Below are positions 1 to 9,474 of a DNA stretch of 44,100 nucleotides, one piece after another; position 1 is the first letter of the stretch; every line of letters begins with the position of its first letter. The stretch is from assembly GCA_048939445.1 (NCBI GenBank), contig JBHLPN010000002.1, positions 1 to 44,100 of the forward strand, in the 5' to 3' direction. The notes beneath the pieces are model-generated. The model saw nothing but the letters and a program-made list of their open reading frames with translations, was not told where the DNA came from and made no database searches. Source of the DNA: Promethearchaeota archaeon (GTDB lineage: Archaea > Asgardarchaeota > Lokiarchaeia > Sigyniarchaeales > SOKP01). The position numbers were made by a program, and so were the translations under genes.

Positions 1-600
1 GTTTATAAAATGATTTCTAATATAATCATCTACACTCTCAAGTCCAATAGCAATTTCTATATATTTTTCTTTAAATAAACTTCTTAGTTCCTCTAATTTT
101 TCTGATGTTATGTATTCTAATCGCGATTCAATCACAACTTCTTTAAATTTCTCTACACTTGAGATTTTTTCAAAAATATAGGTTCTAGCTTCTTTAGGTA
201 TCTCAATTTCGTCCAAAAAGCTCCCAGAATTAAAGATTTTAAGAACATAATTATAAGAATCTTGATTTATTTCATTTATTTTATCATTAAAAGCATAATC
301 AAATTGGCTAATAAGTTGCGTAGTTGAAACATCTTTAGTAGTTGCATCTAGATAATATCCACACATAGAGCATCCTCCATGTTCACCTAATGCCCAACTA
401 CATCCCTTTGATCGCAAAATAATTGTGAATTCTTTTCCAATTTCATCTTTAAGCCTATCTTTTTTCGTCCAATAACTAATTGGCTGTCTAAATTGTTCTT
501 CTCTATAATTGACCTGCCGTTTTAGAGCGTGATGTTTGATAGAGTGAATCTTCTCAACAACAGATTTATTATCTTCAAAAATGTAATTATTGGTGTTCAT
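1..600 (-). CDS. Radical SAM protein, RaSEA-like (partner of ArcS in archaeosine formation). The 3' end runs off the window.
   Basis: Not in the ORF track because there is no stop inside the window. My translation from the ATG at 598-600 reads MNTNNYIFEDNKSVVEKIHSIKHHALKRQ..ILRSKGCSWALGEHGGCSMCGY..FNSGSFLDE..IGLESVDDYIRNHFIN. It has a Cys cluster plus SGSF/GLES-type radical SAM motifs. The start overlaps the arcS stop by 14 nt. Confidence 0.65.
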   Translation of the reverse strand, partial: MNTNNYIFEDNKSVVEKIHSIKHHALKRQVNYREEQFRQPISYWTKKDRLKDEIGKEFTIILRSKGCSWALGEHGGCSMCGYYLDATTKDVSTTQLISQFDYAFNDKINEINQDSYNYVLKIFNSGSFLDEIEIPKEARTYIFEKISSVEKFKEVVIESRLEYITSEKLEELRSLFKEKYIEIAIGLESVDDYIRNHFIN

Positions 601-2668
601 TGATCTTTACAATTCTCCCACTTTTTGAATTCTTTAAAAAATTAGATCCAACTATTAATTGTCCACTTCCCATAACCTTCTTCTTTCCTTTCTCTAATAT
701 AACCACTTGATTATTAGGGATAAGATCTAAACTATAATCTAATATACCAGTCCGAAATAATGTGTTTCCATGTATTTCTTTTCCATCAAAAACAATGTAA
801 TTTGTATTTATAGAACGTTGAGACTGAACTAGCCTACTAAGTCCAGGAATGGTTAACTCGATTTGACCTGTTGAAAATTTAAAAACCCCTAGTTTTTCTT
901 GGGTTTTTAAATCTTTTAAATCAATCTGGTTGGCGGATCTAATTCGGATAGGTTTTAGACCATTAGAAATAATTCTAATACCTGCTCCAGTACCAAATTG
1001 ATAATCTAAAATTTTGGTAAATTTCCTAGTCCAAGTTTTTGAGTAATTTTCAAAAATTAAATTACTTTTTTTAGGTCGAAATTTGTTTTTATATTCAATT
1101 ATTAATTTTTCTAAAGATTGGAGTGATTTATTAGAAGTTATTTTGTCAGAAATTTCAGAGAAAATAAAATTATGTGGCAATTTCGATGAAGCTCTCTTTA
1201 TTATTTCTACATATCCATTTTTTAAATGACAAATAATGGGGATATTTGGGTCATATTTTTCTATTATTTTAATAAGCATTTCTGATGTGATAGTTATTTC
1301 TTCATTATCCCATTCACCAGTTACGGAAATATCATAAGAATTCACGGGATAAACATTTTCTAATTGTCTAGGAATACACCCTAGAGGCGATGTTAAAATA
1401 AACTCTTGAAAAATTGGAAATTCTGGAAACTTTCTAATAATGTTATAAAATTTTTTATGAGATTTAGATTCTGAATATGGTTTCTTAGCTGAACATGGAA
1501 ACAAAATGATTAATGATGTCCAAGGTTCGGGTTCAAAGTTTTTAATTACTCTTTCCCTAAACTGTTGGAAATCTGGTCTATTATATGATAAAGGTCCTAG
1601 ACATCTCACTGTGTTACTTTTTTGCGTTATTGGAGTTTCATATTTAATAACATCGAAATACTCACTATCTAAGACTTTTAACATTGAGATTAATTTAGTG
1701 TCATCAAAAGAAGATTTTTCTACAAATAATCTAAAATCCTCATAATTCAAATATTGCTTGATTTTTTTCATATAATTATTTGCTGTAATTATATTATGCA
1801 AACACAATAAATCAATTTTTTCAGCAGAGTGCTTATCTTTTAACACTTTTTTTAATTTACCTTTACATGCTACGCATGAACAAGGGAAATATTTCACTTT
1901 ATATATTGGTAATAAATATTCTATTGTATCATAGAAGTTTTCAGCAGATAAAAACAACAAATATGATGAATCAATTAAATCAATTCCTAGATAAGTTAGT
2001 AATGGATAATATTTTGGGATTATTCTTCCAGAAGCCATGATAATTAAGTTATTATCCAAATCGTTTTTTAAACTTATAACACACTTTAGGATATTTCTAA
2101 AGTTGCTGAGGTTATCAAAAATATCTGCTAGATTTATAATCTTTATATTTTTAAATCGACTAATAAAGGGAAGATAAAGTTCTATTAATTCAGCATACTC
2201 AAAAATTTTTATAGATAAGCCAAAAATTAAATTCGGATGACTTGTTAATATTTCTTCTGATTTAACTAGATAATTTTTTATTTCTCTAGATGCAAATTCT
2301 TTACTAATAGAGGTGGTTGGAACATTGAACGGAATAAGGGATATTATATTGTCTTTAGAGAAAACCTTACGATTTTTTATTAATATTTCTTGAAATTTTT
2401 GTAGCATACCTGGATAAGTAAATATAAATCCATTGTTTTTAAATTTCTCTCGTATAAAACCAATTTTTAAGAAAAATTCTTTAGATATTGTAAATATATC
2501 ATGATTTTCAAATTCTTGAATAAAGCTAAATTGTTTCATCAAGGAGCTTTTTATAGGAATGATTACGTTAGGAGTTTTAATAAATAATTTTCTTTCTTTA
2601 GAAAAGACAATTCGACCTATTCTTGAATAACCAATCTTACTGGCTAAAACTTCAAAGAAATATGTCAT
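587..2668 (-). CDS. arcS: Archaeosine synthase ArcS (TGT-like N-terminal domain, DUF5591-type core, C-terminal PUA)
   Basis: 693 aa. Zn motif PCSCVACKG as in tRNA-guanine transglycosylases. Signature FPCSAKKPYSESKSH (PC-x3-KPY-x2-S-x2-H). PUA-like C-terminus (VVILEKGKKKVMGSGQLIV). Confidence 0.8.
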   Translation of the reverse strand: MTYFFEVLASKIGYSRIGRIVFSKERKLFIKTPNVIIPIKSSLMKQFSFIQEFENHDIFTISKEFFLKIGFIREKFKNNGFIFTYPGMLQKFQEILIKNRKVFSKDNIISLIPFNVPTTSISKEFASREIKNYLVKSEEILTSHPNLIFGLSIKIFEYAELIELYLPFISRFKNIKIINLADIFDNLSNFRNILKCVISLKNDLDNNLIIMASGRIIPKYYPLLTYLGIDLIDSSYLLFLSAENFYDTIEYLLPIYKVKYFPCSCVACKGKLKKVLKDKHSAEKIDLLCLHNIITANNYMKKIKQYLNYEDFRLFVEKSSFDDTKLISMLKVLDSEYFDVIKYETPITQKSNTVRCLGPLSYNRPDFQQFRERVIKNFEPEPWTSLIILFPCSAKKPYSESKSHKKFYNIIRKFPEFPIFQEFILTSPLGCIPRQLENVYPVNSYDISVTGEWDNEEITITSEMLIKIIEKYDPNIPIICHLKNGYVEIIKRASSKLPHNFIFSEISDKITSNKSLQSLEKLIIEYKNKFRPKKSNLIFENYSKTWTRKFTKILDYQFGTGAGIRIISNGLKPIRIRSANQIDLKDLKTQEKLGVFKFSTGQIELTIPGLSRLVQSQRSINTNYIVFDGKEIHGNTLFRTGILDYSLDLIPNNQVVILEKGKKKVMGSGQLIVGSNFLKNSKSGRIVKINEHQ

Positions 2669-2823
2669 ATTTACAATGAAATGTATTTATTTTAAGTATA
2701 TTTTTTTTAGGTTTAAATAATGAAGTCTCTCAAAGTTATTAAGAATTTAGGCATTTAATTTAAAATTCATACTTGACCCTTAATCTGATTTAAAATGATT
2801 TAATTTATTATAAATCACTTAAT

Positions 2824-4137
2824 CTAAAAAATTGAGAAATTAGTGTATGGCTTTAACTCATCTAAAACAAAATTTGTATAAGTATCTTCTATTTCCTCTG
2901 ATATATATAGATCTCTGATAAAATTTGCATAATCTTCAATATTTCTAACTCTAACAATAGCAAATAATCCATATTGTTCGCCAATTCGAAATAAATCAGT
3001 TATATTTCTATTTTTATCCAATCTAAGGGCAAGTTCATTGTATTTTGATGGATCTTTAGGTTTAATCCGAAGGAGATATTTTCCTTTAAAACCTAATTTT
3101 TTCGGATGAAAATTTACGGTATAATTTAAAATAACCCCTTTTTGTTCGAGATTTTTTATTCTATTATGAATAGTTGACTGTGAAATTTCCAATTTAAGTT
3201 GATCTTTAAAAATTTTTCTTATTTCATATGTAGATATTGGCTTAATTCCTTGACTGTCTCTTAATATCTTTAAAATAGTATAATCAATATCATCAATTTC
3301 AAAACTCGGATCAATTTTTTTCTTATCTAATTTTATTCCAGTTTTCCTTATACTTTTAATTATGCTATCTATTAGTTCGTCTGTTTTTACTATATTCTTT
3401 AGACCAGTAACTACTATTTTACCATTAGAAAAAATTAAAACTTTTGCGTAACCATTTTCAATCTTTATGACTAACCCTGGAAATACCTTCGGATTATATT
3501 CAATATCAGCATGGTTTTTAGCAATTAGATCTAAATCAACTTTTTTAGGAATTTCTATAACAATCTTCTCACTTTCATTATCCTTTTTTTCTTTATATTT
3601 GTCAAATAATTTTTCTACAAGCTCTTCTTCAATAGACAGGTTTGCCATCCTTAGGCTAATCCCATTTGTCTTGAACACCTTTATAGTTTCAATTATTTGA
3701 TATTTTTTAAAATATGATTTTGCCATTATTTTATCAATGGTGTTTAATATCTGATAATATTCTTCAGGGGATTTAAAGATAAATAGGGCGAATAATGAAA
3801 AGTCTCCAATAATTCCATCCAACATCCTCAAATGGGGAATTTCTAATAATTTTTTGACCAGCTCAGGTTCTTTCGGGTTGGTTTTAATTTCCAGCATAAC
3901 ATATTTCAAGTTATTTGGATTAATATTTGGATTAATGTTTATAGTAAAATTAGTAATTATTTTTTGATCTCTCAAACCATCAAGTTTGTTTTGATATGTC
4001 TGTCTAGACAGCCCTATCGCGCGTGAGTTTTTTGATATAATAAATTTAGTTTTCCCACCCAAGTTTTTGACAAAATATTGGGCTTCTAATTGATATTTAT
4101 TATTACTCATTTTAATACAATTTTGCAAATTCTTCAA
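2824..4137 (-). CDS. Multidomain regulator: Lrp/AsnC (HTH+RAM) - single TBP-like repeat - Lrp/AsnC (HTH+RAM)
   Basis: The N-terminal part is AsnC-like: IISKNSRAIGLSRQTYQNKLDGLRDQKII, then YVMLEIKT..IGDFSLFALFIF. The middle part, VDLDLIAKNHADIEYNPKVFPGLVIKIENGYAKVLIFSNGKIVVTGLKN, matches one TATA-binding-protein repeat (FPGL..LIFSSGK.V.TG.K). The C-terminal part is a second AsnC-like module: DYTILKILRDSQG..STIHNRIKNLEQKGVI..GLFAIVRV. Confidence 0.7.
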   Translation of the reverse strand: MKNLQNCIKMSNNKYQLEAQYFVKNLGGKTKFIISKNSRAIGLSRQTYQNKLDGLRDQKIITNFTININPNINPNNLKYVMLEIKTNPKEPELVKKLLEIPHLRMLDGIIGDFSLFALFIFKSPEEYYQILNTIDKIMAKSYFKKYQIIETIKVFKTNGISLRMANLSIEEELVEKLFDKYKEKKDNESEKIVIEIPKKVDLDLIAKNHADIEYNPKVFPGLVIKIENGYAKVLIFSNGKIVVTGLKNIVKTDELIDSIIKSIRKTGIKLDKKKIDPSFEIDDIDYTILKILRDSQGIKPISTYEIRKIFKDQLKLEISQSTIHNRIKNLEQKGVILNYTVNFHPKKLGFKGKYLLRIKPKDPSKYNELALRLDKNRNITDLFRIGEQYGLFAIVRVRNIEDYANFIRDLYISEEIEDTYTNFVLDELKPYTNFSIF

Positions 4138-4238
4138 AGATTATTAATCAAATGTTAAATCTTATATATAAATATTTGCGTTTGACCAAAAAAAGCCTTA
4201 TTAATTAATTAAAATTATTATTCTTAAAATTTAAAATT

Positions 4239-5516
4239 GTGAAAAAAATGGTAAATTATAAAGTTGCAGATGAGACTTTAGTTAATCAAGGAAAAGAAGC
4301 ACTTTATATAGCTGAAAGTAAAATGCCTGTTACTAGTAAAGTTATTCGGGAAAGATTTCTGAAAGAAAAACCTTTAGAAGGCATAAAAATCGCCGGTTGT
4401 TTACATATTACAAAAGAAACGGGTAATCTTGCTCGAACTTTGAAAGCTGGAGGAGCAGAGGTATATCTTTGTGGAAGTAATCCATTGTCAACTCAAGATG
4501 ATGTAGCAGCAGCATTAGTTCAGGAAGGGATTAATGTTTTCGCTTGGCATGGTAATACAGACGAAGAATTTTATTGGTGCATAAGACAGTGCTTAAATGC
4601 AAAACCTAATATTTTAATTGATGATGGAGCTGATATGATTGTCACTGCCCATCAGGAATATGAAGATCTAATAAAATCAGGTACTATTATTGCATGTCAA
4701 GAAGAAACAACTACAGGTGTAAAAAGATTTAAAGCGATGGATAAACAAGGAGTTTTGAAAGTACCTTTATTTCCTGTCAATGATGCTCGATGTAAAAATC
4801 AATTTGATAATGAATTAGGTACGGGTCAAGGTATAGTTTCTGCCATTTATGGAATGCATGTCCTTTTTGCGGGAAAGAATGTAGTTATTGCGGGATATGG
4901 CCATTGCAGTTCAGGTATGGCACTCAGAGCGCGAGGTTTAGGTGCCAACGTAACTGTCACAGAAGTAGATCCAATAAAAGCCTTACAAGCGAAGTTTGCA
5001 GGTTATAACGTGATGCCTATTGAGCAAACCCTGCCATATGCAGATATTATCCTTACTGCTACTGGTTGCAAACATGTAATTCAGCCAACTAAGGAAATGT
5101 TTGATAAGTTAAAGGATAGCGTTATACTCGGTAATCTCGGACATTTTGATATAGAGGTTCCAACCAAGGAGATTTACGAGTATGCTAAAGAGATCAAATC
5201 TATTAGGCAAGATGTTGAAGAGATCACCTTTCCTAATGATAAGAAAGTATATCTACTTGCCAAAGGACGTTTAGCGAACTTAGTTCTGTCTGAAGGTCAT
5301 CCTGCCGAAGTCATGGACATGTCGTTTGGACTCCAATCTCTCATGTCTGAATACATTGTCAAGAACAAGGATAAATTAAAGCCTGGGATGGTTGATGTTC
5401 CCGCTGAGATCGACGATAAGGTAGGATTTCTAAAACTTCAATCCATGGGCGTGAAGATCGATAAATTAACCGAAGAGCAGTACAACTACATCCACGGCTT
5501 TCTTGAGGGCACATAA
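4239..5516 (+). CDS. ahcY: S-adenosyl-L-homocysteine hydrolase
   Basis: 425 aa. CLHITKETGNLARTLKAGGAEV..CGSNPLSTQDDVAAAL. NAD-binding GYGHCSSGMA. EGHPAEVMDMSF. Alternative ATG start at 4248. Confidence 0.95.
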   Translation: MKKMVNYKVADETLVNQGKEALYIAESKMPVTSKVIRERFLKEKPLEGIKIAGCLHITKETGNLARTLKAGGAEVYLCGSNPLSTQDDVAAALVQEGINVFAWHGNTDEEFYWCIRQCLNAKPNILIDDGADMIVTAHQEYEDLIKSGTIIACQEETTTGVKRFKAMDKQGVLKVPLFPVNDARCKNQFDNELGTGQGIVSAIYGMHVLFAGKNVVIAGYGHCSSGMALRARGLGANVTVTEVDPIKALQAKFAGYNVMPIEQTLPYADIILTATGCKHVIQPTKEMFDKLKDSVILGNLGHFDIEVPTKEIYEYAKEIKSIRQDVEEITFPNDKKVYLLAKGRLANLVLSEGHPAEVMDMSFGLQSLMSEYIVKNKDKLKPGMVDVPAEIDDKVGFLKLQSMGVKIDKLTEEQYNYIHGFLEGT

Positions 5517-5694
5517 TTAATTAAGAAAGAACTTAATCTATTTACATTTAGTTTTTTTATATTATATTACTTTTTTCAAGTTTCTTATATAATTCCCTCA
5601 ATTAGTCTAAGTACATAAATTTAAATTAACTTTTGTTTAATTATCATAATTACCAATAATAAAACCTTATAAAAATAATAATTAGGTTTTAAAA

Positions 5695-6198
5695 ATGAAA
5701 GAAAATGTAGAATTAGGTTTAGAAGAATTACTAGATTTGATGAGATTTGCTTTTCTTAGGTTGGATGGTGCGTGGTTCATGGCTTCGGCAGAAAAACTCG
5801 GTTTGGAGACTGCTACAGAATTAGATATAAAATCATGGGAGATGTTTTCTAAAAGGTTGGGAAAAAAAATCGCTTCAATAACAAATTTAAAAGGTCTTTT
5901 CTCTCAAACACTGCCAAAACTAATGAAGATACAACATACGCTCATGAATATGAATTCAGAAATAGAGGTTATTAATGAGAGCAAAGTTGTTCACAGAGTT
6001 TTAGAATGTGAAATTTGGAGTATGGTTAAGAAAGTATGGCCTCAGAATGCAATTCCTTGTCACAAGGTTACACTAGCAAGTATTAGGGGCTTGTTAAAGG
6101 GCGCTTTTCCAGAAAAAGAGTTTATTTTAAAACATAAGAAGAAAATTCCTTTGGGAGATCCTTGCTGTGAGATTGAAATTTCCGTTAAAGATTCATAA
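5695..6198 (+). CDS. Hypothetical helical protein, possibly DUF6125 / ATC-hydrolase-like
   Basis: 167 aa ORF. It shows only a weak resemblance (LRLDGAWFMASAEKLGLETATELD, C-terminal Cys pair). No firm motif. Confidence 0.35.
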   Translation: MKENVELGLEELLDLMRFAFLRLDGAWFMASAEKLGLETATELDIKSWEMFSKRLGKKIASITNLKGLFSQTLPKLMKIQHTLMNMNSEIEVINESKVVHRVLECEIWSMVKKVWPQNAIPCHKVTLASIRGLLKGAFPEKEFILKHKKKIPLGDPCCEIEISVKDS

Positions 6199-6409
6199 TA
6201 ACTTTTTATTTTTCAAGATTTTTCTTTACATTTTCTAATTATTAATCTTTGTTTATTTTTACTTTCTTTTAATTATTATATTTGTAAATAACTGTTTGCT
6301 CTAATGTCTAGCTATAATTTATTATGAAGCTTTACATACTTTTTTTAATTTTATTCATATAATCAATTGATAAAATTTAATAATTACTCAATAAGGATGT
6401 AATACGTAG

Positions 6410-7510
6410 ATGAATTCTGGAAATGTAGAACAAGAAAAAGCGGTAATAATTGATCTTGAAAATCGTGATATATCAAAAAGTTTATATGAAGCCTTTCTAC
6501 AAGCAGAGATTTTACCTATCATTAATAAATCTCATGAAATATATGTGCATGTACCATTAGGAGCCACTTTTTTCCGAGATAAACAACCAATAGGAGGAAC
6601 TTATCTTGATGTTAAATTTGCTGAATCTTTAATATTAGCAAGTGCTGGTAAACCAGTCACTTTTTATGAAACACCTGCAACAAGTAATCGGAATATTGAA
6701 TATCTATTTGAAAAATTTGGTTATACTCAACTAGCTAAAAAATATTCACAAGTCCGGGTTCTTTGTTTAAAAGAAGATTCATTAGACACTGAAGATTTAG
6801 TTAGTTTGAATTATGGTTTTGACTATCCCCCAGTTAGACTCCCTAAGTTTCTCTTCAATAATAAAAATTTGATTATTAGTTTTAGTAATCCTAAAGCGCC
6901 ATTTTCCGAATTTGTTGCAGGCTTTAAGGGACTTCCTTTTTCTCTGAGTGGTAAATCGCTTATTATAGGATCAACATTATTCCATAAGAAAAATTTATTG
7001 CATCTTGCTTTCTCTGATATAGGATTAGGATTAAAGGATTATGTAATTGACGCATTAGATAGGATACGTAAAGCAGGTGTTGTTTGTATTGGAATCAATG
7101 GAGGACGCTTCGCAGGTTCTATGGTTGATCAAGTAAAAGTAGAACCAATTGAGTGGAATGCACTTGTAGTTTCTACAAGCATCGGAATTTCAGATGCTGT
7201 GACGGCTGTATTAATGGGATTTAATCCACAAAAAATAGAATTTTTCGCTAATTTAGCTCAAAAAGGGCTAATCCCTTTCAATATTAGTACTATTCCCATC
7301 ATTGAAATCGGAAATAGTCGTAATCGTCTAGAGGAACAACTAAAATTAAGTAATCCCTTTTTACCACAAGGAACTCCAATAACAACACGTCAATGGATAT
7401 TTGGACTCCTTAAACAAGTTTCATTTATAGACAGGTTACACTTAATTAGCAAAATTATTCCTTCAATAATCAGATATAAATTTACAAGAAAAAATAAATC
7501 CAACATTTAA
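6410..7510 (+). CDS. DUF362-like protein (function unknown)
   Basis: 366 aa. The C-terminal segment ALVVSTSIGISDAVTAVLMGFNP resembles the DUF362 D.VA.D....lmG..P motif. The rest is divergent. Confidence 0.45.
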   Translation: MNSGNVEQEKAVIIDLENRDISKSLYEAFLQAEILPIINKSHEIYVHVPLGATFFRDKQPIGGTYLDVKFAESLILASAGKPVTFYETPATSNRNIEYLFEKFGYTQLAKKYSQVRVLCLKEDSLDTEDLVSLNYGFDYPPVRLPKFLFNNKNLIISFSNPKAPFSEFVAGFKGLPFSLSGKSLIIGSTLFHKKNLLHLAFSDIGLGLKDYVIDALDRIRKAGVVCIGINGGRFAGSMVDQVKVEPIEWNALVVSTSIGISDAVTAVLMGFNPQKIEFFANLAQKGLIPFNISTIPIIEIGNSRNRLEEQLKLSNPFLPQGTPITTRQWIFGLLKQVSFIDRLHLISKIIPSIIRYKFTRKNKSNI

Positions 7511-7637
7511 TCTCATTTTATTTCATAATTTTTCACTAAATGCAACAGCTTAAATTTAATACTAAAGGAAATCGATTATAAATGGTTTCTAGATATCCTC
7601 TACTATCGCAGATCCATATACATATTTAGCCAATTTC

Positions 7638-7949
7638 TTAATTCTCATTAAACCAATTTCCAATGTTATTAGCTTGATAAACAAATACAATTATGAACCC
7701 TGATGCGATTATAATTACCATTATGAAAAGAATCAAAAACAAATTATTATTTCCTGATAGAACAAAATAAACTGAGAATATATCAATAAAACACTGACAG
7801 ATTATAGAAAGAAGAAAACTTACTTTACCAACAGCAACATAACCAAATGCGATTCCTATAACGGATGCATAAACAACTAAAATTAATGCATATATTGTAT
7901 GAGAAATCGAGAATAGGACGTACTTAATTATGGTTTTGGGTTTAAAATG
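7638..7949 (-). other. Stop-free hydrophobic reading frame (about 3 predicted TM segments) with no canonical start. It lies in the -1 frame relative to the end of get3.
   Basis: My codon-by-codon translation is HFKPKTIIKYVLFSISHTIYALILVVYASVIGIAFGYVAVGKVSFLLSIICQCFIDIFSVYFVLSGNNNLFLILFIMVIIIASGFIIVFVYQANNIGNWFNEN*. The first in-frame ATG/GTG/TTG appears only at codon 70, which is why it is absent from the ORF track. Confidence 0.4.
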
Positions 7950-8953
7950 TCATCTACATTGACATTATTACCATAAACTTCATAAGCCAGAGCTCTCAAC
8001 CCATCTAATCCTATAGGTTCTTCTCTAAGCTTTTCTGATTGCCAAACTTTTAACTTTTTAAATTCATTTATAATTTCTGAATTATATTTTAGCTGCTGCT
8101 TTCGAAGTTGAGTACAAAAATCACATTTTTTAGGTTCTGGTATAAGCATGTTAATATGAACTCCCTCTAATTTAATATATCGTCTAGTTAAATCTCTTGC
8201 CCTTTTGATTTCTTCAAAACTTGGTTTTTCTGCTATAGTGACAAGTCTAAGTGAACCAATATCATGAATCAGATTTGAAATTCGTTCTCCACGCTTTTCG
8301 AGCTCAACAATCATATTAAAAATTTCCTTTCCTAATTCTCTTCTTTCTTCATAATTATCAAAAGGTTTAATAATTTGTCTCCACATTTTTGAAACACTTC
8401 TTATCGCACCCTTGATAGAATTATAAAAATTTAATGAATATTTTAGCACTACTTTCACTTGATCTTCAGGTATTTCAAAGAGAGTGATCATATTTGCTGT
8501 TGGGGGGAAATCTGCTACAATTATATCAAACTGAATATCTTGAGTATTAATATCTTCAGCATCCAATATTTTTTGAAAAAACATAGCATTTTTCAGAGCT
8601 AATGGAATAGAATCAGCTGTAAATGTTGTATCAATAAACTTTTCGATTTGAGGAATACTCCCCACTAGTGGCATTTGCTTCATAAGCCTCTTCATTTTTT
8701 CTATTAAATCTTTAGTGTATTTTTTCGCATAATTATCGGCATCAGGTTCAATACTCCATAGATTTTTGGTTAGTGGTGTTATTTTGTTTCCAATCTCCAA
8801 TTTGAATAAATCACTAAGGTTATGTGCCATATCAAAAGAGATTAAGAGAATTTTTTTATTAGGAAGTAAGTCTGAGAGCAAGACTGCTGTTGCTGCACTA
8901 ATCGAACTCTTTCCTACACCCCCTTTCCCTCCAAGAACAATAATTTTTTCCAT
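7928..8953 (-). CDS. Get3/ArsA-family ATPase (tail-anchored protein targeting factor homolog)
   Basis: 341 aa. Deviant Walker A GGKGGVGKSSISAA. Get3-type CxxC (KKCDFCTQ). Helical insert region. Confidence 0.85.
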   Translation of the reverse strand: MEKIIVLGGKGGVGKSSISAATAVLLSDLLPNKKILLISFDMAHNLSDLFKLEIGNKITPLTKNLWSIEPDADNYAKKYTKDLIEKMKRLMKQMPLVGSIPQIEKFIDTTFTADSIPLALKNAMFFQKILDAEDINTQDIQFDIIVADFPPTANMITLFEIPEDQVKVVLKYSLNFYNSIKGAIRSVSKMWRQIIKPFDNYEERRELGKEIFNMIVELEKRGERISNLIHDIGSLRLVTIAEKPSFEEIKRARDLTRRYIKLEGVHINMLIPEPKKCDFCTQLRKQQLKYNSEIINEFKKLKVWQSEKLREEPIGLDGLRALAYEVYGNNVNVDDILNPKP

Positions 8954-9474
8954 GATAAGTAGTAGATTTAAAATATCAAATTTATAATATCAAAAATAAA
9001 AATAACATAAAAAACTAACCAAATAAAATAGAATATCAATAATATATTCCTTCAATTAGCAAATAATAAATTGATTGATACATTTTATGAGAATATAATA
9101 TTAATTATTATCATTAATATTTATTAAAATATCAATTAAATTAACCAATCATATTAACACATTTAAAATATTAAATTTACAAAGTCTTACAAAATTTTAA
9201 CAAAAAAATAATAATTAAATAATCAAAAATATAATCAGTTCAATAAATCAAAATTATTGTTCAGGCTTATAATTATCTATAAGAAGTAGATTCACTGTTC
9301 AAACTTAATAAATTTCATAATAATATATAAAGCTAAATAATTAAGAATTTCATTAGAGAAAATTAATTAATATATTACACTTCAAGTGCCTAGATTCTAC
9401 TTCTATTGGATAGGTCTTCCTTTTGATTTTGGTCTATTGAGCAAATTTAAGAATTAAATATCTGAAAAAAGGAA

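Noticed and set aside
1506-1745. Short ORFs in the track that lie antisense inside longer genes: 1506-1745, 3467-3700, 8766-8987, 9627-9842, 9876-10166, 10347-10586, 13071-13265, 14030-14233, 14700-14897, 16906-17100, 18584-18769, 20121-20435, 21474-21689, 22697-22900, 26907-27095, 28788-29027, 31088-31352, 31742-32412, 37213-37404, 39033-39215, 41831-42100.
   Set aside because: Each is fully embedded in, or (14030-14233) split across, motif-supported genes, almost all on the opposite strand. They have low-complexity or hydrophobic composition typical of antisense frames and show no recognisable motifs.
2700-2800. C/D-box sRNA candidates in intergenic DNA. Examples are AATGAAG...CTGA at about 2719-2790, CCATGATGC at about 12707, and AATGATGATC at about 35260.
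   Set aside because: None has a proper RUGAUGA C box paired with a CUGA D box at the right spacing plus terminal complementarity. Such partial matches are expected in AT-rich sequence.
8954-9474. 521-bp extremely AT-rich divergent spacer between get3 and dnaG, considered as a replication origin. ATATCAA occurs four times, GTAGATT-like words three times, and the 9-bp inverted pair AGAAGTAGA / TCTACTTCT about 105 bp apart.
   Set aside because: No orc1/cdc6 gene is adjacent, and there are no ORB-like dyads with G-strings. The repeated words are short and expected in DNA this AT-rich. It is more simply two divergent promoters. It could be revisited with GC-skew or marker-frequency data.
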